From a virus (taxonomy: Duplodnaviria; Caudoviricetes), in the IMG/VR virus record IMGVR_UViG_3300030433_001277, positions 1 to 31,091 of that record: a stretch of 31,091 bases of DNA; one strand, given 5' to 3'. Under the pieces are notes generated by a model. That model had not been told where the DNA came from, ran no database searches, and saw nothing but the letters and a program-made list of their open reading frames with translations. Of this stretch, positions 6,942-15,900 are shown piece by piece. The translations under genes were made by a program, and so were the position numbers. Numbering within the stretch: the stretch's first letter is position 1; the number at the start of each line of letters is the position of its first letter.

Positions 6942-9851
6942 TTAGCAAGCCATCAGCACACAAGGTACGCAATAACTGCCATCAGCGTAAGTAGTAGAAA
7001 CCGTGGTGCTAGTTACCTTGGCGATGGTTTTAGAACGCACGATGTCATCATTTTGCGGTTTTGCCGTTCCATCACCAGCAGACATCAGCAGATCACCGCG
7101 TGCAACGGTTGTGCCCTGTGCAATGCGGATAACAAAGTCACCCGTCATCGCGCAGTAAAAGTCGTTGGTGTAGGTGTCATCGTCATCGTCCCAAGCCTGG
7201 AAGACGCCAGCCACATTTGGGTCGCCCTCAACATCGCTGACCTTCATGCGGTTTAGCTGTTCATTGCCCTCTTCTCCCCATTCACACATCTCATCAAGGT
7301 TGCTCAATACAGAGCCACGCAAGATCTCTGTACGTTCTGCACCGCCTGCAAGCTGTGACCAACGAGCTAAGTGACCACCGTTGTAGGAAACAGTGTTACC
7401 AGAGACAGAGATTGTGCCCTCAAGATTTGTTTGCGCATAAAATTGAATTAAATTACCGTCAGCATTCATCCTGTTGATGAACATTGGGGTATCAGCATCC
7501 CGAGTAACAATGAAGTAACCATCAGCTTGGCTGCCAAGAGTGAATCCCTCTCCTGTAACGCTTCCAACATTTGAACTCTTGTTGGAGATAACGCCACTAC
7601 TGTTAATCGTCAGCCGTGTTGCATTATTAGTGACAAGATTCATCGAATTATCACTATTGTCATAGGCAATTTGGCCAATGTCGGCATCGTCAGTGTCACC
7701 CATTAGGAGTCTACTGGCGTTGCCTGGCGTGGCGTACAAAGATAACTTGGGCGCAGCATCTCGAACGGTTAATTTCGCTGAATCAGCTGCTGCTGTTGTC
7801 CCGATAATTACATGGCCGTTATGGTCAACACGCATCCGCTCGGTTGCGCCAGTTTCTAGGGTAATGTAATAACCAGTTTGGCCAGATTCACCAGATCTAA
7901 TTGTAAGTTTACCGGTTTGTACATTTTGTCCAACTGAACCAAAATTAATTCCATTATAAGCAAAAATTAGTCCACGTTGACCGCTAGTAGAAGTACCATC
8001 GCACCTGATATTTGCATTAGATACGCCACCTACTTCAAGTGGATACGAAGCAGTCGTTTTCCCAATCATCACCTGCCCCGAGTTATTAATACGCATCCGC
8101 TCAGAATTAGAGGTAGAAAAAGCAAGTTGATTATCAGCTGGTCGGTAAATAGCAGCGGCAGTTTGTGGTGTTGGTATAACTCCACCAAAATGAATGTAGT
8201 TATCGAATTTTGCCGTTCCGTTCACATGCAGCTTGCTAGACGGCGACGTTGTTCCAAGGCCAAGATTGCCCGCGCTGTTGAGCCGCATCCGCTCAGTCGG
8301 AACGTTTGCACCGTCCGCTGTGGTGCTAAAAACAAGGCGACCTGGCATATCGTTTGAGCCAGGAGTGCCATCTACTGCAGCAAGTATTTGAGCTGCTTGG
8401 TTATTTAAGTCAGTGCCATCTGCTCCATAAAAGTCAATTGTGCCAAGGGTGTCACCTGATTGAACAATGGTGCTCCCATTGAGCGATCCTCTTGATTTAC
8501 CAAAAACGAGTGATTGCGCCCCTGTATTATTTGAATCCCGACGCAAAGAAATACTGCCATCAAAACTGGTGCTTGCCGTCTGGATTTTTGCATTAAATCC
8601 ACCTGGGGCAGTATTACTCGTCGTCCCAACCAGCAGCCGCCCTGAGCTGTCGATACGCATCCGCTCGGTTGCTGCGGTCCTAAAATTCATTGAATCATCG
8701 GAGTGATGATAACGAATTTGTCCGCGATAACCGCCATTATCGTTGGTTGTTGTATCTGCAAAAAGTATTCCGCTTTCACCAGAAGCACTGCTTACTATTG
8801 AGACATATGTTTCGGCTCTATCTGTTTTACCGATTTGTAAAAGCCTATTGCCATGGATAGAACCTGTGGATGATCCGATAAGCAATTTGCCTGAGCTGTC
8901 GATGCGCAGGCGCTCAGTTGCTGTGTTATTAGAAACAGGAGCAAAAGTAATTGCTACGTCTTTATTTGCGGATGATGAAAAATCTGCATTTTCTTTAACA
9001 ACAGAAATTTCTGCTCCATTTGCCCGAACGTCGGGCGTCATGACTAAAGCAGAAGTTTGAGTCGTTGTGTTGCCTTGATCAAGGTTAAAAAGTTTAATTT
9101 CAGCTGCAGCACCATCTTGGTTATCTCGCACGTCCAAGATAGACGTTGGTGACGCTACATTGATGCCAACTTGCCCAGAGCTGTCGATTCGCATCCGCTC
9201 TGATCCGTCTACATCGAAACGCAAATGACTGCTGCCAACGCTGTTTGAGTCGTCAGCACTAAGCACCAGTGCGCCTTGATGAGTCCCCATTATTCGGGAA
9301 TACCCAGAGGCAGCCGCAGTATCTGTGAACTGAATATAAGGTTCTGCAGCTTTTAGCTCCAGCAAAACACTGGGCGACGTTGTTCCAATGCCAACTCGGC
9401 CAGAGCTGTCGATGCGTAGGCGCTCTGCATTGGTAGTAACAAACGCTAACGTGTCACTTGCTGGGCGATAAATTGCAGAACCTTCGGCAGGCGTACTGCT
9501 GTTGCCGCCAAGCGCTAAAGCGCTCGAAGCACGAATAATGCCACTTACGTCTAAAGTTCTGCCAGGCGACGAAGTTCCAATGCCAATCTGACCACTGCTA
9601 TCAATAACAAGCCGCTGCGTGCCGCTTGTCGCAAACGCCAAACTATTGTTCCCAGGTGACAGCACACCTGTGTTTTGATCGTCCGCAAACGCCAGTGCTG
9701 GTGCGCTCGCCGTTCCATCAGGCAAGTTCCGCAGCAGGTCACTGACGCTTACTTTCTTCGTCGCATCCGCTCCAACATCAACGATCGGCAGAACGTCAGT
9801 GCTGGCGAGGGCAGTGGCAGCCGTCAGTTCGGTGATCTTGACGTTTGCCAT
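6942..9851 (-). CDS. Long modular tail fibre / receptor-binding protein
   Basis: 969 aa, MANVKITEL N-terminus, nine R(I/L/V)xSSG-type junctions, distinct ~150-aa C-terminal domain. Confidence 0.85.
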   Translation of the reverse strand: MANVKITELTAATALASTDVLPIVDVGADATKKVSVSDLLRNLPDGTASAPALAFADDQNTGVLSPGNNSLAFATSGTQRLVIDSSGQIGIGTSSPGRTLDVSGIIRASSALALGGNSSTPAEGSAIYRPASDTLAFVTTNAERLRIDSSGRVGIGTTSPSVLLELKAAEPYIQFTDTAAASGYSRIMGTHQGALVLSADDSNSVGSSHLRFDVDGSERMRIDSSGQVGINVASPTSILDVRDNQDGAAAEIKLFNLDQGNTTTQTSALVMTPDVRANGAEISVVKENADFSSSANKDVAITFAPVSNNTATERLRIDSSGKLLIGSSTGSIHGNRLLQIGKTDRAETYVSIVSSASGESGILFADTTTNDNGGYRGQIRYHHSDDSMNFRTAATERMRIDSSGRLLVGTTSNTAPGGFNAKIQTASTSFDGSISLRRDSNNTGAQSLVFGKSRGSLNGSTIVQSGDTLGTIDFYGADGTDLNNQAAQILAAVDGTPGSNDMPGRLVFSTTADGANVPTERMRLNSAGNLGLGTTSPSSKLHVNGTAKFDNYIHFGGVIPTPQTAAAIYRPADNQLAFSTSNSERMRINNSGQVMIGKTTASYPLEVGGVSNANIRCDGTSTSGQRGLIFAYNGINFGSVGQNVQTGKLTIRSGESGQTGYYITLETGATERMRVDHNGHVIIGTTAAADSAKLTVRDAAPKLSLYATPGNASRLLMGDTDDADIGQIAYDNSDNSMNLVTNNATRLTINSSGVISNKSSNVGSVTGEGFTLGSQADGYFIVTRDADTPMFINRMNADGNLIQFYAQTNLEGTISVSGNTVSYNGGHLARWSQLAGGAERTEILRGSVLSNLDEMCEWGEEGNEQLNRMKVSDVEGDPNVAGVFQAWDDDDDTYTNDFYCAMTGDFVIRIAQGTTVARGDLLMSAGDGTAKPQNDDIVRSKTIAKVTSTTVSTTYADGSYCVPCVLMAC

Positions 9852-9874
9852 GATCGTTCAAGAGATGTAGGAAC

Positions 9875-9880
9875 AGTCTA
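9875..9880 (-). promoter_or_regulatory. Putative -10-like element TAGACT
   Basis: 23 nt upstream of the ATG at 9851. Confidence 0.45.
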
Positions 9881-9896
9881 AGTGCAGACCATTGCG

Positions 9897-11777
9897 TCAA
9901 CCAGACTCTAGAGCTGCGACACGCGCCAACAGATCAGCGTGCTGTGATTCAAGCGTTTCAATCCTAGTCTGCGCTTCCTGAAGCGCCTTAACGGCCTTCA
10001 TGTAAAGCACAGAGTAGTTAACCGACTTAGTGACTGTTCCAAGATCATTATTGTCGGCATCAAGATCATGACTGTCTTTTACAAGGCCAGGTGACACCAA
10101 TTCAATCTCTTGTGCGACAACACCAATCAATGTTTTTGCCTCATCACCATAAGCAGCTACATCGTCTTTAAGTTTAAAGTTACGAACACGCAGGTCTTTG
10201 ATATCGTTCCACTGCGATCCAGCGTCAACAATATCTTGCTTCAACTTTTGGTCAGATAAAGCACCATAGGAATTGTCGGCGTTAGCAACGTCCCCGTCCG
10301 AGTAAACTCTAAATTTAGTCCCAACGCTGTCTGAAAAGTTGATGGCATATCGCGTATTGTCGTCAGGGGCCGCATCATGAAAATTGATCAGCAATCCGTA
10401 GGGAGTGTTATTGCCACTGTTCTCCAAAATCATTACAGCATTATCGTTTGCATCGACATGAAACACATGGCTCGTAGCGGGGTTTGCGTAATAGTTACTG
10501 TCAGAAGTGTTAGTAGAAGCACGAAATTCGCCACCACTTTTTATCCGCACCCGCTCGGTGCCGCCTGTGGCAAACGCAAGATTGTTGTCATTGCCAACAC
10601 GCCCAATTTCTACATTATCCGCAAAAGTTGAAGCTCCGGAGATCTTGAATGTGCCATTCTCTAAAGATAGTTTTTGCGTCGGGTTGGTTGTTCCAATGCC
10701 AACATTTCCAGAGCTATCGATACGCATCTGTTCGCTTGCAGCCGTTCCAAACTTTAAGGACCTATTAGCGTGTTGATATTGAATAAAACCGTCAAATGCT
10801 GCATTACCAGACGCACTATCAGCAAAAAATAAGTTGCCGTTACCAGAAGTGCCACTTCGAATTGTTATACCAGTGGTTCCAGTATTCGCAACCGTTAAAT
10901 CATCAGCCTCAGAATTACCTACAAGCGTCGTGCCCACCAACAACCGCCCAGAGTCGTCGATACGCATCGACTCACCATCGGTTCCTGTATAGAAACGAAT
11001 TGAGCCGTTAGATACCGAATTGAAACCTAATGAGTTTGCATTAGGCATCCCAATGCCTACATCATTTTCAGTTCCGCCGTTGTCCTTGAATTTAATTCGA
11101 TAAAAATCTTCTGAACTTGGCTCGCCATAGTCAGACTTGCCAAACGCAAGAGGTGCTGAGGGTGACGTTGTTGCAATGCCAACATTTCCCGAGCTGTCGA
11201 TAGTTTGAGCAAGAGTTGTGCCGCCATACAGGTTCAAAGAGGTGCTCTTGCCTTCAATAATTCCGTGCACGGTGGAATTATCGTTGTGCATAAAATAAAG
11301 TTGAGCCTCATCAACTGTGCCGTTATCGCGTCCGACAAGTTTGGCATTGATACCGCCAGATGATGCAACGGCTAGTGGTGCGCCAGGACTCGTAAGGCCA
11401 ATCCCAACATTTCCAGAGCTGTCAATGCGCATCCGCTCTGTGCCGCTAATCCCAAATTTGAGATTGTCGCCATTAGCGCCTATCTGACAACCGCTAGTAG
11501 TGGTGTTATCAGCAAACTCAATGTTTGCGTTTGCGTCTGTAGAAACAATTCGGACAATGTTGTTATTAGTTCCGCCATTGATTTCAAGATTTGTGCTTGG
11601 CGACGCCGTTCCAACGCCAACATTCCCAGGAATACCCTTAAACAGGCTTTCAACCGTAATCTTCTTGTTCTTGTCAGCCGCAGCGGTCTCGCTGACGTCC
11701 ACAATCGCCAACAAGTCGCCAGTTGCCTGACTGCCAGCAGCGAGAGCAGTCAGCTCGGTAATCTTGCGGTCAGCCAT
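9897..11777 (-). CDS. Tail fibre / receptor-binding protein with C-terminal Peptidase_S74 intramolecular chaperone
   Basis: MADRKITEL N-terminus, repeated RIDSSG junctions, SDQKLKQDI...GVVAQE...VNYSVL..KAVKALQE and terminal coiled coil. Confidence 0.88.
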   Translation of the reverse strand: MADRKITELTALAAGSQATGDLLAIVDVSETAAADKNKKITVESLFKGIPGNVGVGTASPSTNLEINGGTNNNIVRIVSTDANANIEFADNTTTSGCQIGANGDNLKFGISGTERMRIDSSGNVGIGLTSPGAPLAVASSGGINAKLVGRDNGTVDEAQLYFMHNDNSTVHGIIEGKSTSLNLYGGTTLAQTIDSSGNVGIATTSPSAPLAFGKSDYGEPSSEDFYRIKFKDNGGTENDVGIGMPNANSLGFNSVSNGSIRFYTGTDGESMRIDDSGRLLVGTTLVGNSEADDLTVANTGTTGITIRSGTSGNGNLFFADSASGNAAFDGFIQYQHANRSLKFGTAASEQMRIDSSGNVGIGTTNPTQKLSLENGTFKISGASTFADNVEIGRVGNDNNLAFATGGTERVRIKSGGEFRASTNTSDSNYYANPATSHVFHVDANDNAVMILENSGNNTPYGLLINFHDAAPDDNTRYAINFSDSVGTKFRVYSDGDVANADNSYGALSDQKLKQDIVDAGSQWNDIKDLRVRNFKLKDDVAAYGDEAKTLIGVVAQEIELVSPGLVKDSHDLDADNNDLGTVTKSVNYSVLYMKAVKALQEAQTRIETLESQHADLLARVAALESG

Positions 11778-11779
11778 GC

Positions 11780-12931
11780 CTAGGTCTTGATGACGTACAT
11801 CATTGCTACGTTACGCGGTCTTGACTCACTGCCACCATCGTTATTCACGGTCACAGAAGTGCTTACTGACAAAGTGGCATCACTAGTGCGATAGACCCTG
11901 CCGTTACCACTTTGACTCTTGGCGTCGTAGTTAAAGTTGCCTGTGGTTCTGTTCGTCCAACCACCAACGCCATCTGCGTTTGCAAATTGGTCGTCACCAG
12001 GGAAGACGTGATTGTGACTTGAGGGGCTAATGCTTGAGCTAGAGGAAGCACTGTGATTGTGCTGCTTGTTCTGGTCTCCTTGTGAAGAGCCAAAGCCTCG
12101 ACCACTGTCTACGCCACGACTGTCGTCCCAACCACGAACAAACTCACCGCGTAAATCCGGCACATTGAATGTGCTGCTACCGTTGCCCTCACCGTGCGTC
12201 GTACCAATAATTGCAAACAGGTCTGCATAAGTTGTCCGACTAACAGCAGCGCCGTTGCACTTCAAATAACCACTTGGCGCAGTGGTCGTTGCCATCATGT
12301 GAACCGATCCGGTCGGCACAGCCTGCGGCAAAGCAGCAAAGCTTAGGTTGCCGCTGCCATCTGACTGCAACACATCATTGGCGTTGCCATCAGTGGACGG
12401 CAAAGTCAACGTGATGTCGCTGCTGACATCTGACGGGGCCTGGATCGCAACAAAGTTGCTGTTGCTTGTATCCCGCAGCCTCAGTGCCTTGCGATCACGG
12501 ATGGTGATACCGTTGCTGTCGAAATGAACACGGCGCGTTCCAGCGGTAACGATGCTGAAATCGTTGGCAGAATTTTGGAAGAGTCCGGTGTCAGTGTCCC
12601 CGCTAAACCGAAGCGGCAAGCTACTGACCGTCCCAGCAGGCACGCCAACGTTGCCTGTAAAGGTAGGGCTGGCTTTAGTTGCGAGACCAAGGTTGGTCTC
12701 GTTCATATTGCCAATCGTCACGAAACCTGTGTTCGTGCTATTTCTAAGCTTCAACAGGTTTGTGTTGTCGTCAGCCCAAGGCATACGAGCAACTGAGTTT
12801 GCCTGCGTTGGCTCTGTAGAGCTTGCGTTCAGGCTGTAAAGAGCCGCAAGGTTGTCATTGATATCCGCTCTGACGTTCGCGCCAGTGTCATTCTGGATCG
12901 GATCTGTTTTCGTCTCGTTTACGAAGGACAT
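11780..12931 (-). CDS. Tail fibre protein with phage tail collar domain
   Basis: 383 aa from the ATG at 12931 (TGATG overlap with the J stop); collar motif VPTGSV...APSGYLKCNGAAVSRTTYADLFAIIGT...FNVPDLRGEFVRG; C-terminal ESRPRNVAMMYVIK. Confidence 0.88.
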   Translation of the reverse strand: MSFVNETKTDPIQNDTGANVRADINDNLAALYSLNASSTEPTQANSVARMPWADDNTNLLKLRNSTNTGFVTIGNMNETNLGLATKASPTFTGNVGVPAGTVSSLPLRFSGDTDTGLFQNSANDFSIVTAGTRRVHFDSNGITIRDRKALRLRDTSNSNFVAIQAPSDVSSDITLTLPSTDGNANDVLQSDGSGNLSFAALPQAVPTGSVHMMATTTAPSGYLKCNGAAVSRTTYADLFAIIGTTHGEGNGSSTFNVPDLRGEFVRGWDDSRGVDSGRGFGSSQGDQNKQHNHSASSSSSISPSSHNHVFPGDDQFANADGVGGWTNRTTGNFNYDAKSQSGNGRVYRTSDATLSVSTSVTVNNDGGSESRPRNVAMMYVIKT

Positions 12932-15900
12932 CAGCCAATTCCGTAGCCAGCAGCGGTCCAAGTGATCGCTTTTGCCACTCTACTCCTGGTCGCAGGATCC
13001 GTGCCGTCAAACACGGATATATCGAATCCAGTAGCCGAGGCATTAGTGATTACATAATTTTCTGCACTCGCCTGGGCTTGCATGACAACACCAACGTCAG
13101 GAGCGACAAAGAACTTGTTGCCAGTGCCATAAGCGACTGAAACGTCTGCACTGGTGCTAGTAGTTACGTTCCCAGTCAAGGTGCGGATCGGCATCTCAGC
13201 CTGCACTGACAACTGATCAACCGCAATGTTCTCCTGTGATGAGCCCGTGCTGAAGCGTGCTTCAACCTGATAAGCGCGGGCTTTGAACTCAGCATTGTTG
13301 AAGCGCCTCCAGCTTGTGAAGTTTGAATCTTGATAGCCACCGCCAGGAGGCGCGTCTTGGGTTGTACGGATAAATAGCTTCACGTCGCATGTGTTTGGGA
13401 CTGCGCCGTCAAAGTTGGTTACAAGGTCGATGTCTGGCTCGTCGTCAATCTTTTCGCCATACGGGAAAAAGCTTCTTGCGCGGAGCGTGCTGTTGAGCCG
13501 CAAGCTAAAGATGTCGCTCAGGGTGAAAGTGTTGAACCTGTACGTTCCGCTGGTATGGAGTTGTGCGTCACCCTCTTGCCTAAGGCTGCTGCCATCTTCA
13601 AGCAGTAAAGCGTTGCCGTCTTCAAGGTCATAGTCACCAACACCCTCAAGGTCTTGACCTGTAGGAGCCAGCTCAAGCTCATTATTTACTGTGTCGACAG
13701 TCAAGTTGGTTTTTGTCCCACCAAACGATGGATGTTCTGTCGAGCCCAATGCTCCAACGACTTGAACGTTCTGTAGATCTGGTTTGGTGAACTCAATCAG
13801 AGCTGCATTAAGGCTTTCTCGCCCGCCAGAGTCGACAAATTTCGCGCTATAGGTTCCAGGCTTGAGGTCTGCATAAGCCTCAGTAGCAGAGCCTGAGATT
13901 TGCTCCGAAATACTGGTGGAATTAGGCCAAGTAACGCCAGACAGATCTGGCGAATGACGCAACCTCACATAGCCACCAACACGCACATCAAGATCAGTTG
14001 CCTGCGTCCAGCTCAAGCGGGCCTGGCCATTAACTGGAATCATGCTGAATCCAGTCACGTCAGCTGGAGCAGCGGTCTTGCCATTTAGCTGGAAGTTGGC
14101 AGAAGAGATCTGGCTGCCTTTGTTGAGGTAGTTCTTTGCTTGAATCTGTAAGTACAAACGACCAGCACGCAAGTTTCGCAGCGTTACTGATGGCGAAGAA
14201 GTATCAACAGCTTGCCAGTTGTCATTGTCAATCCGGTACTGAACGCGAAACTCACTTACGTTGACACGATCATGGTTCCAGCTGACTGAAGCACCAACAA
14301 AAACACCACTTGCCTCCTCGTACAAAAACTCTTCTGAGCTGATGTTGTCGACCGGGTTTGGTATCAGCGAAAGATTGGTGATGTCGCGAGTTGTGAGGTC
14401 ATTGTCAGACTCAACTGCGTCATAAATGCTGCTGTTGTAAGCAATTGCGCTGACTCCGTAAACGCCGTCTTCTGTCTCAGCGACTGAAATGACACGGAAC
14501 TGCTGCGATTGAATCTCATCGTTTTGGAACAGGAAAAACGATCCGGCGGCAGGTGCCTCGCTAAATGCACTTGAAACGTCGATCTCTGCAGTGCCGTTAC
14601 CAGGCAAATGAATGCCGCCAACAGGCACAGTCCGCTGTTCGACCAAGCCAGTAGAAAGCATTACTGACAACTTTGGATTATTCGTTGCAGCCAAATCCGT
14701 GGTCAAGTTATTGCTGCTATCAGTGGTTATCTGGGTTGTGGTTGCAGATTTAATTCGCCCAGAACGCCTGGCGCCAGCGCGAACAGGGTCAGCAATGTCA
14801 ACAACCATTCCAGGGCGCAAAATAATTCCACTTTCAATTGCAACGCTGAACTGAATAGTCTCTGTAAGGTTTTGCTCTGAGAGCAGCGTCCATTTACCGA
14901 TCCGATGCGCTTGCCCTTGGCTATAGCAACCAATCGCCTTGATGTCCTTTTTGATGATGCCGTACTTAGCGACTGCATCATGATCTTCAACGTATTCATA
15001 TTCGACATCGCCATTAGTGTCGTATGACTGCCAAGCCACAACAGCAACGGTGTGACGTGCTTTCTGGGACGTGCCTTGATATTGAAAAATGCCATCGACA
15101 ACATTGCTAGGTCCAAGCAAGTATTGAGGGTCAGATGGCTTGTCTTGCAGAAGCTGCAATGTGCCAGCGCCGTAATAAGCGATGCCACGGAAGATGGCAG
15201 TCATCTGCTTGATGACGTTGTAAACCTCGTCTCTGCTGTTGATAAGGATGTTTAGGCTAAAGCGCGGTTCCTGCCCTCCATCTCCATCGTCTACAAGCTC
15301 GTTGCAGTACTGACTGATTGCAAAAAAATCATACTTATCAAGCGTGTCCTCGGGCACGCCAGCCCCAAACCTCTCCGAAATCAAGAGGTCATATAGACAC
15401 CAAGCGGGGTCATTTGTCCATGTTGCTGCTTGGAACGTACCATCCCAAATGCCAGAGTAAGTTATACGCCCTAAATGCGTTGTTGTGTCTACAGTCGCAT
15501 TGCTTGGAATCTTGACCTTAATTCCACGGATCAAATATTTGCGCTTAGGAATGCTGCTAAATTGCCGTGAGTCAAACCGAAGCCCCACCAATGCTGAGTT
15601 GGGATAACGAAACTTATCGTCAATAATTTCAGTAAAGCTCTGGAAAATTGTTGAATTAGACCTTTTATTGCTGGTCTCGTCTGCACTTACTCGAATGACG
15701 CGCACGTCAACAGGAAAGCTGCCAGTCAAATTAATCAAATAATCGCGCTGATAGCGGTTGCTGCTTTTGCCGCTAATAGTGTTATCGATAACGTCGTTGT
15801 AGCCACCATTGTTGTACTGAATTTGTATTTTTATCCTGACCGAATGGCCAACAATGTCACCGTCGTCTTCTAAAACCTGCAATGACGGGATTGTGATTGT

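Larger units (their letters stand above)
2425..11438 (-). repeat. Dispersed in-frame 26-nt repeat, consensus GAGCGGATGCGNATCGAYAGCTCNGG (ERMRIDSSG), within fibre genes
   Basis: Copies start (+ coordinates) at 2425, 2668, 7816, 8077, 8269, 8641, 8890, 9175, 9400, 10531, 10708, 10948, 11188 and 11413, with degenerate copies near 2911, 3866, 4143, 7593 and 9592. Confidence 0.88.

Noticed and set aside
7816-11438. CRISPR array suggested by the repeat-spacer periodicity
   Set aside because: Repeats are degenerate and in frame within genes, spacers are 150-350 nt, and there are no cas genes or leader.
589-12931. Diversity-generating retroelement or invertible shufflon acting on the fibres
   Set aside because: No reverse transcriptase or invertase in the window, no TR/VR pair differing at adenines was seen, and all repeats and cassettes are in direct orientation. 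Such genes elsewhere in the genome cannot be excluded.
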